Origin: Cercozoa sp. M6MM
Taxonomy: Eukaryota > Protista > Endomyxa: Ascetosporea
Reading direction: 5' to 3' (one strand)
Length of the DNA: 64,000 nt
NCBI GenBank assembly: GCA_040357565.1
Contig: JBDODJ010000021.1
Below the pieces are notes generated by a model that saw only the letters and a list, made by a program, of their open reading frames with translations, had not been told where the DNA came from and did not search any database. This document shows, piece after piece, positions 25,798-38,145 of this stretch. The position numbers and the translations under genes are program-made. Positions within the stretch are counted from its first letter, which is position 1; each line of letters starts with the position of its first letter.

Positions 25798-27163
25798 ATG
25801 GCGCTGCTAGTGACGCTTGAAGATTTGATCAGCGATGAGGTAAGCTTCTTGGAATCATTGTGCGCTTGTTCGCGGCGTATTCAACAGATTGTCGATATGA
25901 TATTTGTGGCCACACAGATGTTGAACATGGATTTGGACGCCGAGATGGATTTCTCCGTTTTCCCGGGTACACAGGTGTCCACGCGTGTCCGCTTTTGTCC
26001 TTAAGTTTGTTTGTGTATGCGTAGAGTGGGCCAAGCGCACTCCTTCCACCGTGGCGAAGCGTCTGGAAGCGCAGCGTGCCTCGCATCTGCAGAAGCTTAA
26101 CCCGAACATGAAGATCACTCCGCGTGCCAACTTGAATTCGGTACGTTGGCTTTCTCTTGTTGTTGTTTTTTGTGTGGTCTGTGCTAACACATGTTAACTT
26201 TTTGTGTAGAAGGTGCGTCCCGCGAACTTTGCTGCCGCTTTGGTAAAACCATTTAATTAATTTTAATCATAATATTTTTATTGATGTTGAATCATTGCCG
26301 CAGAGTGCATCAAACTCGGCCGCCAACTCTGCTGCCAACTCGGCAGTCAACAGCGATAACGAGGAGGAGGACGTTACCCCTGTATTCTTTGTGTTAACAA
26401 CTAGTCAATCGGTAAAATTGTATTCTTTTCTGCGCAGAAGAAGCCGATGAAGTTCTCGCAGATGATGAAGAAGCCTGCTGCCGTAAAACAGCGTTTCTTG
26501 TGTCTACCAACACTGACTTTGTTTGTTTTTTACCGAAGCGTACGACGGCCGCGCAGACCAGCGAGCCGCGATCACGCGGTACGCCCAAGAAGGAGCGCAA
26601 AGAGCCCGAGCCGGAAGAGGAGGCTCCGATCACTCCGATCACTCTGCACTTTGTCCACGGCGAAGTCGACGTCAAGATCAAGCTGCCCGACGATTTGTAC
26701 CAGGGCGGCGCCGACAATTTTGTCGGCGACTACCAATTCAATGTACCTGTTCTCTTTTCTATTTTTGTATTTGGCGTGCTAACAAGATACCCTTGCAACA
26801 CCTAGAACGCTGCGGCTCGTGGCTACTCGTCGGAATGCATCCAGGCCATGGTCGAGCAGATCGCTGAGGCTATCAAGGACCGCAAGCCCGTGATTTTTGT
26901 CTCTCAATTTCGGATTTTAACCTAAACGACCTTGTTTTGTGTGCAGAGGAAAGTCAGCAAGTCCTCGAAGAAGAAGAATGATCGCAAGGGCGGTGGCTCT
27001 CGCTCGCGAACGTAGGCTTTTTTTTTGCTTGCGACCCCTTATTAATTTAAACGATTTTTTACTTTCTTTGTGTTTGCGCAGTGGAGGTCGTGGCGGCGGC
27101 TCGTCGCGCTCGCGTCGTGGTGGCCGTTCCACTGGCCAGCGTCGTAACGATCGACGGTGGTAG
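25798..27163 (+). CDS. Hypothetical protein with a basic Arg/Gly/Ser-rich C-terminus (possible nucleic-acid binding)
   Basis: ATG at 25798 (MALLVTLEDLISDE), about 11 short exons with strong coding bias, ending GGRGGGSSRSRRGGRSTGQRRNDRRW* (TAG 27161-27163). Confidence 0.6.
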
Positions 27164-27316
27164 ATGCCATCAAAGCCCCCGTTTCTCTCATATGCCGCCT
27201 GCCCGTCTTTAGACTCACATGCAAGCACAAACGCTCGTTGGTGCTGGCAGTGTTAATTATCTCGGTCTTTAAGGAACCAACCGCGCAGATTTACCCGGCC
27301 AGTTGAGCCACGGATT

Positions 27317-30266
27317 TTACTGTTGGCCCGGCTTGAGCACGTCGTCGATGCGGAGGATCATCTTGACGACCTGTGTGGCCAGCAACAACTGCTGCTGCTT
27401 GCCGATCAGCGTCTCGAACACGAGCTGCTCCTTCATGTCCTGCGTGCCGGCGCCGACGCAGTCGATGCCAGTCTGTTCAACCCAACAGAAAAGCTCAAAA
27501 GGGTCAAAGGTTAGGGTCAAAAACGTACGCGCGGATTGCCAGTCTTCAACTGCAGCTTGCGCAGCTCGCTGAGTGATTCAATTGGCGACAGACCCGAGTT
27601 GTTCGCCAGCGCCTGTGCAGACTCGAAGGGTAAGGGTAAAAGATAGTGGGGGGGGGGGTAAACTACCATCGGCGTGGCCTCCAGTGCTCTCGCGAACCCG
27701 CGCACGGCGTACTGTGATAGGGGTAAAGGGGCTTAAAGGGGGCTTAAAGGGGTATAACAGTGTAGTGTACTATAACAGTGTACCTGTTCCAAACCGGTCA
27801 AAGAATCGGCCGACTCGTCAATCGCAAGTGCACACGCCACCTACAAACAAAAGATTAGGGGGGGGGGGGTAAGGGGGGGGGGGGGGGGGGCGGGGGTAAA
27901 CCTCAGCCGAGCCGCCGCCGTAGACGATGCGATTGTCGCGAATGAGGTTGCGCGCCACGCACATGGCGTCATGCAACGAGCGCTTCGCCTCGGCCACAAT
28001 CATCTGGTTGCCACCGCGCACCAGCTGTCCGGGAGGTGAAAGAATAAAAGCAGATAAGAAGATTGGGGATCAGGCAAGTGTACCACAGTGATGGCCTTGC
28101 TGTTGGGCACGTCCTCGACGACGATGGAGGAGTCACCTTGTGTGCCCAGATCGATCTGACGCACGCGGCCTGCCGTGCCGAGTTTCGCCTCGTCCAGGTC
28201 TTGCGGCCGCGGCACGATGCGCGCGTTCGTCGCAATGGCGAGTCTGCAGGGTATGCAATCAAAGGGGAGAGGAAATTAAAGGGAGGCAATTAAAGGGGAG
28301 GCCATTAAAGGGGAGGGTAGAAGGTAAGAAGGGTGGGTACAGTTCCATGTCGACACCCGACACCCAGCGTACAGCTGGCAGACCGTTCTGCAACAGCAGG
28401 TGGTTCGCCTCGTCATCGAAACTATGTGCAGACGGGTAAAAAGTGAGGGGTATGGGGGTAAGGGTAAAGGGGTAAGGGCAAAGTGCAAAGTGCAAAGGAC
28501 AAAGGGCAAAGGGTAAAGAGGGTGTGTACCCCCACTGGCACAGGACGACGTTGGCGCCACTGTCCTTGCAGCGCTGCACCATGTCGACAAAGTACTGCTG
28601 CTCCATCTGGTGCAGCTGCTCGTACTGCTCCGACGACTCGATGAAGAGACCCGTCTTGGTCTTGGGTCTCGGCGGCTCGAACGCAAAGTTCTGGGGCAAG
28701 GAGGTAAGGAGAAAAGCCAGAGGGGAGGTAAAAGCCTACCAGCAGAGCGATCTTGGCGTTGGCAACTTCGCGCGGCATCTGCGGGTGCGACCACGGCTTG
28801 CCGTCCAGCACAATGCCTTTGACAAGCGTCGTGTCTTCCAAACGGCCACCCACCTTGCCTTCGACCCTGTGTAGACACGCACACATGTCCAGTCAGATAG
28901 TACATTTGTACGGAAGCCTACTTGATCATGTCAAAGTTGACGTCGCGGCGCTCCTGATCGGCCACGGCCAGAACGGCGTCCACGGCAATTTCGGCCTAGA
29001 GTACAAAATATATCAAATGTACGATACAAATACAAATGTACGTTACAATATGTACGGTATGTCCGGTACAATATGTACAGTACAATATGGACAGGGTACA
29101 ATATGGACAGGGTACAATATGGACAGGGTACCATCTGACGGTGGAAGCGGTTCACGATCTTGCTGGACAGCGTGGTCATGGCTGTCTTGATGAGCATCTC
29201 ACGCGCCTCCTCCGGCTGCTCCAGCGACACCGGCACCGTATCGCTCACCTGGACAGGGAGTTACACAGGGGTGAAACAGTGAACGGGGGGGGGGAGGGTA
29301 GAGGGTGAACTACCTCAGCCAAACGGTTGACAGCGACGTCGCACGCCTGCTCGAAACCGTTGGCGATGCGCACCGGGTGGATGCCCTTATCCAACAGCTT
29401 GCTGGCCTGTTCATGTGTAGGTGTACATTTCAGATAGATGGCGTAGACGAGGAGAGTCAAGCCACCTCCTCAAGGAGAGCACCGGCAAGCACGACGACAC
29501 CAGTGGTACCGTCGCCGATCTCGTCGTCCTGCGACTTGGACAGCTCCACCATGAGCTGTGCCACCGGGTGCTCCACGTGCATCTCGTCCACGATCGTGGC
29601 ACCTACACTTGCTTCTCATACACACAGACACACAGACACCACAGACACAGCAGACACGGGAACTGTACCATCGTTGGTGACAGTGACATCACCGTCGGGC
29701 GACACCAGCATCTTGTCCAGACCACGCGGGCCCAGCGACTACACACGCACACATGAACATGTACATACACACGCAACACGCTGAACAAGAAGCCACCGTG
29801 CGCAGAATGTTGGCCACCGAACGAGCCGCAAAAATGTTCGCCTTAAGCGCCTGATTGACACAGGAGGTATATATACCCTCATCCGCACCAACACGATTGT
29901 GGATGAACCCAAGTCTACCTGCATGCCCGTGAGACGCTCGCGTTTGTGCTGATCGCGCACCACGATGAATGGGTTGCCATTCTCATCCTGCAGAACACCA
30001 TCGACATAAGCTGAAACTGAAAACGCACCAAAACACAGCATAAAACGAGAACACAAATGAGGACAAAAAGTGGCAAACAGAAACATTGGCAACAAGTGCA
30101 AGGTCGCTGCACAATCGCAGGTTCCGCACACGTTGCCAGGCCACACACTCAGTTGCACACGTGTTGCAGTCGCCCAGAGCGCTCGGCACGCTTGGAACGA
30201 GAAAAGCGAGAAAAAGCCTACAAAGATGAGCTGGCCTGGGCCCATGCCGGTCTGCACTGCTGACAT
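27317..30266 (-). CDS. CCT5: T-complex protein 1 subunit epsilon (CCT/TRiC chaperonin), 14 introns
   Basis: [108 protein letters not shown]; all introns GT-AG and in frame. Confidence 0.97.
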
Positions 30267-30429
30267 TGCTGTCGGAATACACTAACGCCGCCTGAGCACT
30301 GCAAAAGTCTTTCCTGCGGTGGGGACACACTGGTTGGGAAATACAGAATTCCCACTTGAGACAAATACGAAAATTGTTTGTCGATAAAATACTTCTAGAT
30401 TCTTTCCATTCTAGGGCACGTTGGCAGGT

Positions 30430-32868
30430 TTAAACAAGCCGACGCGGGGACACTGCGGGCGTGGAGTCGGGCGTGGACGATGCCGGGGGCATATGACGGA
30501 TTCGCAGGTGCAACATCGGTTTGTGGTTCAGTTTGACCAATGGCGCTGCGTTCAGTTTCATGCTCGCGTGCGCGTCGCTTTCGCCGTCGGCCAGAGCAAC
30601 ACTTTCGCTGGTGGCGCTGTCGTTGTCGTTGTCATGCTCGACGTCGCTGTCCACGCTGTTCATGTCTTCGGTATCTTCCTCAGTCGACTGCATGACTGAT
30701 CACGACAATCAGAATCAATCTGTCCCAGTTATGTTACATCTGAGGGTACCATCCGAGCTGCTTGGACCGATTTCAGAACCAGAAGGCAGTGTGCTGCTGT
30801 CAGTGTAGCCCTCTTCCGAGAAGGTGCCGTACTCAGAGTCGGCCTCATTTCCGTACATATGGTCTTCATCGGTGCTCTTGCTGTGAGACGGAAATAAGTA
30901 TAGTGGACAGTAAGATAGTGAAGGGAGCAGAGAGTACAGGTGTCGGAAGCACACGAAGCAGAAGCAGCAGGCAAGACAGGAGCATACGCCAGCAAATATG
31001 ATCCAGAAAATCCAATCGGCCAGTCCGATGGCGTCCTTTAACTTGTCCTAGTCAATACCAGTGTATGTGAGGATTTTTGAGGGGGGAGGGTCGGATGGTG
31101 TACAATCAGTGTGTCGTTTTTGTGCGGCGCCGGGGAGCCAACTACCGCGGACTGGAGTTGTTTGTCCTGTTCCTCACGCGCATTGGGACAGTCGGCCAGC
31201 AGGAGTTTCCAGGTGCCGTCGGAGCACACGGCGTCGCCCGAGTCGCCGTTGCCCTGCGGCAGTGCCGAGGGACAACTGAAGGCGCACGACGCGTCCGACG
31301 GCACTGTGAGTTCCGACAGACCGCCTGTGTCCACGCCGACAGCCTCGGACCGGCCCAAAGCACCGCAGTTCATCTGACCTGCCATGGGCGACTCGGCTTG
31401 AGTCGTCGTGTTCTCGTATTCGGCCGCATCCGCGTGCATCTGCACGGAGCGGCCCAGTAGGTACCTGTCATACACACCGTGATTTCAGAGGACCCTGTGC
31501 CCCGGCTCAACACATATGGACATGAGGTACCGCTGTACGTCACGTGCAAAGCAATAGCCACGTGCTCGCGGTAGCAACTAAACAAAGGATATGAGGGAAG
31601 AAAGGAATGAAAGGGTATCGAGGAAAGTAAAAGTACCGAAGTCCACGAGAAGCGTCGGAACAAAGAAGCGCTGTCGTGAAACTGCGTTGAGTTTGAATCG
31701 CCACTGACTCGGTACAAGGACGACTCAGAGTCTGGGGATAACAGGGAGGGTAAAAGGGATAAGAGGGGGGGGGGGGGTAAAAACAGGGTACCACGCACAA
31801 GCTGTACGAGCGTGTCCTCGCACTGCCAGGCCTCTTGCAGCTTGGTCGACGCCAGCAGCGACGGCAGCAGTTTCTACAGCGTACCATCCTTATAGGAGTA
31901 CAGATCATTAAACGGGTGTATCATAAAAGGTGCGATTGTCTTAAACGGGTGTAAATTAAAGGAGTGTACTTTTTTAAAGGGAATTATTTGATGGGGATAT
32001 AAACATAAGTCACAACATAATTAATCCGCAAGTACCGGAGTGAAAGTAATCCGTGCGCCTGCCTTTGCACTGTGCGCAAAAAGAAAAACAATGTGTAAAA
32101 CAACACAGACACAAAGAGACACGAGTACCTGGTCACAGGGTCCCCCAACGGAGACACGCACATCTGTGTCGAGACTACCCAAAAACACACACAAATACAT
32201 ACCTGTGTCCCAAAAACGATGTATTGAGAAACGCACTGTCGAAACCGTCGAAACAAGCTCCGATCTTGTCCTCCACTACGCCGACAAGTTAGTTCATTTC
32301 AGTCACTTCCCCTCTCCAAACAAGGTTGTTCCTAGTACCTGCAAGAGCGAGTGTCGACAGCGTCGATGTTTCCCACTTGCTCTCGCACACTCTGCTTAAT
32401 TGGGTGAATGGGGGGGGGGTGAATGGGAAACACGTAAAAAGTATAAGGTAAGGGGGGCAAAAAGCGGGATAAAGAGGAGAGGGGTAAAACAGCGGCACGA
32501 CTGAAACATCGCGAGACTGGCAGCTTCGACGGCATCGCCAGCGAACTCGAGTCGCCACTCGCGCGTCTGACAGCGGCCGGCCAAACAGACGCCGCGCTCG
32601 CCGTCCGAGGTGCTACAGACGGCGCCGTTGCTCCCTTCCAGAGGCAGCACCTCGCACCGCGCCTCCAGGTGCGTACCATTCGACACGTCCGTGCACACTC
32701 CGTAGGCACACTCCGTATCGGCCGGTCCTGCACCCCAATATAACATCCTTATCTTGGTGGCTACAAGTTAAGGATGCGGTTCCTTCAAGTACCTGCACAT
32801 CGGACCGTGTTGCAGGTCGCAAAAGCGTGCTCAATCACGCCACTGGCCAGCAAGACGGCTTTCCACAT
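30430..32868 (-). CDS. Type I membrane protein: signal peptide, Cys-rich (disintegrin/sushi-like) ectodomain, TM helix, acidic cytoplasmic tail
   Basis: MWKAVLLASGVIEHAFA, GAVCSTSDGERGVCLAGRC, CAFSCP...AVCSDGTW, TM WIFWIIFAGVCSCLACCFCFVCF, Asp/Glu/Ser-rich tail, TAA at 30430-30432. Confidence 0.65.
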
Positions 32869-33216
32869 TACGGTACCCTTTAATAATAGCCTGACGTGTG
32901 CACTGTATAATTAAATATCCTACCCACGCCAAACCCTCACTGAGGCGTTTCGCCTTAAGCCGACGCGTTTTGCCGTCGTTTTTCGCTCGAGCTCTCGGAG
33001 CACTTGTACCCACCACAAAATTCAAAAAAACTACTGAGCACTGCCATGATCTAATCAACAAATAAAGCCAAACATCGTTTTTCAGTGCACCGTACACAGT
33101 GCTGAAGAAAATAATAGGTGACGAAGACGGCGAACGGTCAGCGGCTCAATCGAGCCGGAAGATCCAGCAAGAATAGACAACAATTTGGCGCTTAGTTAGA
33201 GTGGCGAGTGTGCGGG

Positions 33217-36200
33217 ATGGCCAGCTGGGGACCCAGCTGCGCCGTCTGCGGTGCCACAAGCTTCAGGCAGGATGAGTGGGGTCAAATGATGTGTGTCGCC
33301 TGCGGCGCCATGACACGTGTCGGCTCGCAGGTGACCGAGGTCGACGCCGGTGTAGCCAGTATGGCTCGCGCCGCGCGTAGCATCGCTCAGAAACCACGCG
33401 CATCAATGTACCTGTTATCCCCCTTTTACCCCCCCCCCCTCTTGTACCCTCCCCGTGTAGGCCGCAGATGCATAGCACGCAGCAGGAGGCGGAAGAAGGC
33501 GGCGTCAACGAGGCCGAGTACCTCGCCGAGGAGAACAAGTGGAGGTTTTACCCGCCTCCCTTTTTACCCATCTTACCCTCTCCCTACCCTACCTCTTACA
33601 CCCTTTACCCCCCCCCCCCCCTCCCGTAGTGACAGTTACTGTCACTGCTCGCACACGCTGCTGACACTGACGGCACTGACGCACATTCTGCACGCTCGAA
33701 TGTACAAGTTTTATTTTGATCGATAACCGATCATGGTGATCGATCACTGATCATTGTAATCGATCAGTTGGTCACTTTGATCGATCGTTTTAAATGCTAC
33801 AGCAAGCGCGTCGCCCAGGTGCTGCGACTCGACGACGCCGACACAGCGGCGCTGCACGACACGGCCGGCCGTCTGTGGTGCGTACTGTCCTGTCCGCTCG
33901 AACCGCTTCCGCGCGGAAGACTCGTCTGCGCGGGAGGTTGTGCTCACCTTGTTTCGTGTGTGCACAGGTTTGGTCAGCTGGCGCGCATGCTGGACGATGG
34001 CTGGGCGCGACCACTGCCGAAAACAGCGTCCGCGCGGAGCGAGGAGAATCGCTACGTCGAGTTGTCACTCGTGGTCGACAGCTGCGGCATTCGACGCGTG
34101 CCGCGTCAGGTGTTTTACCCCTCTTTGCCCCCATCCATTACCACTTGCCCCGTTACCCCTACCTCCTCCCTTCACCTCAGCTGTTTTTTGACTGCGTTTA
34201 GATTCCGTTGATCTTCCGCGCGGACGAGTTGAACCGTTTGAAGCGGCGCGAGCGGCGTCGGAAAGCGCGCGTGCGTCGTGAGTTGCTGCGACGCCGGCGA
34301 CTCAAGGCCAAGGGTGAAGGTATATTGTACTTTGGGTGTCCATTTGTACCTGTACTAAGTGTCCATTTGTACTTGCACGATGCTGTCCATTTGTACCGTG
34401 TACACAGAAGTGTACTCGTCGGACGACGAGGACGACCGCGTCGTTGCCGAGGCAGCCATGGGTGGCGACACGGAGGAGGATTTGCCTGCCTCGGGGTACA
34501 CAGTGTCTGTGCCCACTTTGTTCGTGTGTTCAGTGTCCAGTGTGCGTCTAGGTGTGTCTACTGTCTAGTGTGTGTCCAGTACCTTTCTGTGTGTGCAGAC
34601 AAGCTGGTCGCGTGCTCGTGTATGGCGGCCAGAAACAGACGCCAAAGGCGGCGCAGCTGCGGCAGAAGCGGCGACTGCAGCAGGCTGCGTGGCAGGAGCG
34701 CGGTGTGTTTACCCCTTACCCCTGCCCCTTTACCCCCTACCCCCTGCCCCTTTACCCCCTACCCCCCAGTGAGGAAGCAGCGCCGGCGCATGGAGCAGCG
34801 CAAGCAGGCGAGGCGCGAGGTCGAGACGGCGGCACACGAGGTGGCTACCTACGGTGGTCGCATCGGCCTGACGACGACACAGGATGCCGAGATTGACCAC
34901 CTGTTCGGTGCCGTCGTTCCCGTCAGCGACGGTGACAGTGATTCTGAGCATGACAGCGACGGTATCAACGGCGGTCCCAATGGCGGTCTCAATGATGGTA
35001 TCAACGGCGGTATCAATGACGGTAACACGGCACCGATCATTCGCGGCATTGTGCAAGAAACGCCGGCGCCTGACAGCGTCGGTGAACCGCGGCAGGTCCG
35101 CGCGGACGACGAGCGACTGCAGGAGGTCCTGCAGCACCGGCGACCCAGTGACTTCCCGTCGCACATACGGCAGCAGTCGCGCTGGGTTGTGGTACACCTG
35201 GACTGTACACCTGAACTGTCCATCTGGACTGTACGTACACACACGCATATCTGGACAGGGCGAGCGACAGCAGTGGTGCACGGTGCTGCACGCGCTGATG
35301 CTGCAGCGGCACGCCGTGTGCTCGGCCGAGCTGATCCGCCTGGTGCTGGCCGACGACTACGACCTGCGCAGTGGTGCCAACGAGCAGTCGGACACGCCGT
35401 CCCTGTGTGCGCAGGCGACGCACCCGTCCTGCGTATTGTCGGACTCCTTGCGAGGTCGTATGCGTCAGCTTGTCGTCACTCCCTACGGTGGCATGCGCGT
35501 CACGCTCGCTGATCTTTTGTATCTTCCCTTCCTTTAACTAGCTTACGCTGTCTATGAGACACTTTCGTGGTGTGCAGTCACACTGGCGGCGTGCACAACC
35601 TGCACTGGCGTGTGTTGGCACGCGAGATGCATCTGCAGTCGCTCGTTGCGTGTACTCCGAGTGTGTGCGGTCGCTGGCTCCGTCTGCTGCTGCCCGAGTC
35701 GTTGCACATGAGTGTGCACTTGCTGGAAGAAGTGACGCAGCACGTGCTGCTTGCCATGTCGCGTTGCGATGACATCACATGTCTCGCTGCCTGCACCGTC
35801 GCTTTGCAGTTTCACTTTGGCTTCGACACGTCGCAGCTGCTGTTCGACTCGCAGTCACTCGGCAACTGCGAACGCATCTTGCGTCACTTGCGCTCCATGT
35901 TGAGCGAAGGTAGGCTCCCTTTCGCTTTGCGGCTTTGCTTTTGGTTGGAGTTGAGTTGAGTTGCTTTATGCAGACACGCCAAGGGAAGTGAATCGCACCA
36001 TGAGCGAGAGTCTGTGTCAAGCGGTCGGCCGCAAGACCAACAATCTGCGACTCATGCTGCTTCGCCTGTACGAAAGCGGTGTAGCTTCAGAGCAGCAGTC
36101 GAATGACGACGAAAACGACGATGATCTCGAACACGATGGCAAGCAACGCGTAGAATGGCGAGACGTGGCCCCTGAGAAGTCGCTCAAGACACGAAGTGCC

Positions 36201-37336
36201 TCATGCGGACTCATTGGTATGAGGTTATTTTTCCTGTTATTTGGTTTGACCCATGGTTTCTGTTGGGTAGATCAGACGCGGGGTCACACGCCCTTACTGA
36301 AGCTGCTGCTGCAACTTGTTTCTCGTGTGTTTGCACCCGCGTTCTCGCAGGCTGACGTGACGTTGCTGCACCAGCGATGTGCGCTCGCCTTGCAGGTAGA
36401 TTTTTTGTTTCTTCGCCTTTTGTTTTCCACCCCAAAGAGATTGCCCTGCCCGTTGCAGAGAGTTGGCACCAGTGATACCGACGGGTTTGTGAAAGCGCCC
36501 AGCGTGCAAGAAAATCCGCAAGCGCGAGTTTGGCACTGGCGCTTTGCAAGGTGATTTCTTTGTTTAATTGCTTCTTTTCTCCTAATCCATGACTTTGAGT
36601 GCAGAGACAACCCTTCATCTGACAAAAATATCGACAGTGTTATCAGACGTGCGATTTTGCGTGCTCCCTGTGCCGTGCCTGTTGCTGACTCGGTCGCACA
36701 CTCGTGTGCCAACACATTGCCGCTCCAGGCATTCAATTCGCCTGTTGAGTACCTGCGCGCACTGTATCAGTCGTCAAGCACACTGGAAGTGCCAAACACT
36801 GTACTTCCCGAGGTACGCTTTTTTCTCCTTTGTTTTTTGTTCTTTGATTTTGATTGTGCTGATGACAGGTTTCGCTTTCTGCGAACTCGCATCTCGATTC
36901 GATCGAGGCTGTCGCGAAAAGCACTGAAGTCCAAAGCATTGTGAGCCGAAGTGAAAGTGACAGTGAAAGCGAGAGCGATGACGAAAGCGATGATGAAAGC
37001 GAAAAACGTCTAGTGAAATTGACGCCGAAACTGCTGCTTCAGGTGGCATCAGATGAGTTTGGATTTGCAACGCGCGTGAATTCGTCGTCTGCGGCGCTGT
37101 CAACGCTGCCCGAGTTCACGTTGTCGCAACAGGTCGTTCTGTCGCTCGTGCATCGGTTCGGAACGGTGCATGTCAGTGCGAGTGAGACCAAGCTTAAGAA
37201 TCCGGCGTGGCTGTGTCTGTGGCGCGACATTCGTGCCCTGCGTGATCGCGGAGAAATTCGCGTGCTAAGTCAACGCCGCTACGCGAACCTTGTGCTTTGC
37301 GAGGACTCTGGTGATTCAACGCCTGTTGCTATTTAA
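33217..37336 (+). CDS. RRN7/TAF1B-like RNA polymerase I initiation factor (N-terminal zinc ribbon)
   Basis: N-terminal CAVCGATSFRQDEWGQMMCVACG zinc ribbon followed by ALTHILHARIKRVAQVL...LHDTAGRLW, the layout of Rrn7/TAF1B; the rest is divergent; TAA at 37334-37336. Confidence 0.55.
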
Positions 37337-37551
37337 CTGACTTGCTACATCCGATCGTGTAAGTTACGTGACGTGAGTGGTTTCGTCCCGTCTCTGCAGG
37401 TACGGTTTTGTTGATTGTGAGATTCGATTGTCACTTTTAGTGAAGACAACGACTAAAGAAAAGTAAGAATATAAGGTCGTTTGATTTAGTGTTCGTTCGA
37501 CGTCTCAAAAACCAAAGATATCAGAAGAGAGAAGGTTACTTCAAGGTAAAT

Positions 37552-37990
37552 TTAGGGCCGTCGTTGCAGTTGAGAGTGTTGAGAGGCTTGTCCGATGATG
37601 AACAAAAGAAAAAAACCCTCTTGCCTGCTCAAGCTAGAGCAAGTCAGTTGCTTTGGTGTCAACAAGCACAGTCCCTTGAGGTACCTGGTATTGGAAAGAG
37701 GGCCTTTATTCAATTCTTGCAGCAGTTTCAAGCTGTTCGCCACTCTACCAAACACAGGGTATGCCAAGCTAGGCAGCACTCAATTGTTAGGTTACCAGCT
37801 CTCAACCTTAGCAAAACATTTTCGTGCACGGCTTTCGTTAAAAACGTTTTACCATGTGATACTGTCGTAGAATTCGACGGATACAGTAAAAATACAGTCA
37901 ATCATGCCTGGGAGTTTTGCTGCAGCGTTTCACCCATGAGCGGCAAATACAGGTACTTTCGTTTTGTATCAGCGTTGGGCTTCGACTAGG
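37552..37990 (-). CDS. Possible small spliced gene; one exon weakly resembles a cyclophilin C-terminus
   Basis: In-frame GT-AG joins give SHGKTFLTKAVHENVLLSLAYPVFGRVANSLKLLQELNKGPLSNT; start and 3' exon uncertain. Confidence 0.25.
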
Positions 37991-38145
37991 CGTCGCGGGT
38001 TTCAGGACATTAGAGCAGGTATATCTATCTAGTTTGTCATCCTCGTCACTTGGTGGTACCTAGAGTTTCTTTGACTTTAAGAGCTAAATTGTCGTGAAAT
38101 TATCGTCATTTTTTTAATTGATTCAGGTTTGGCTTCAGATACAGC

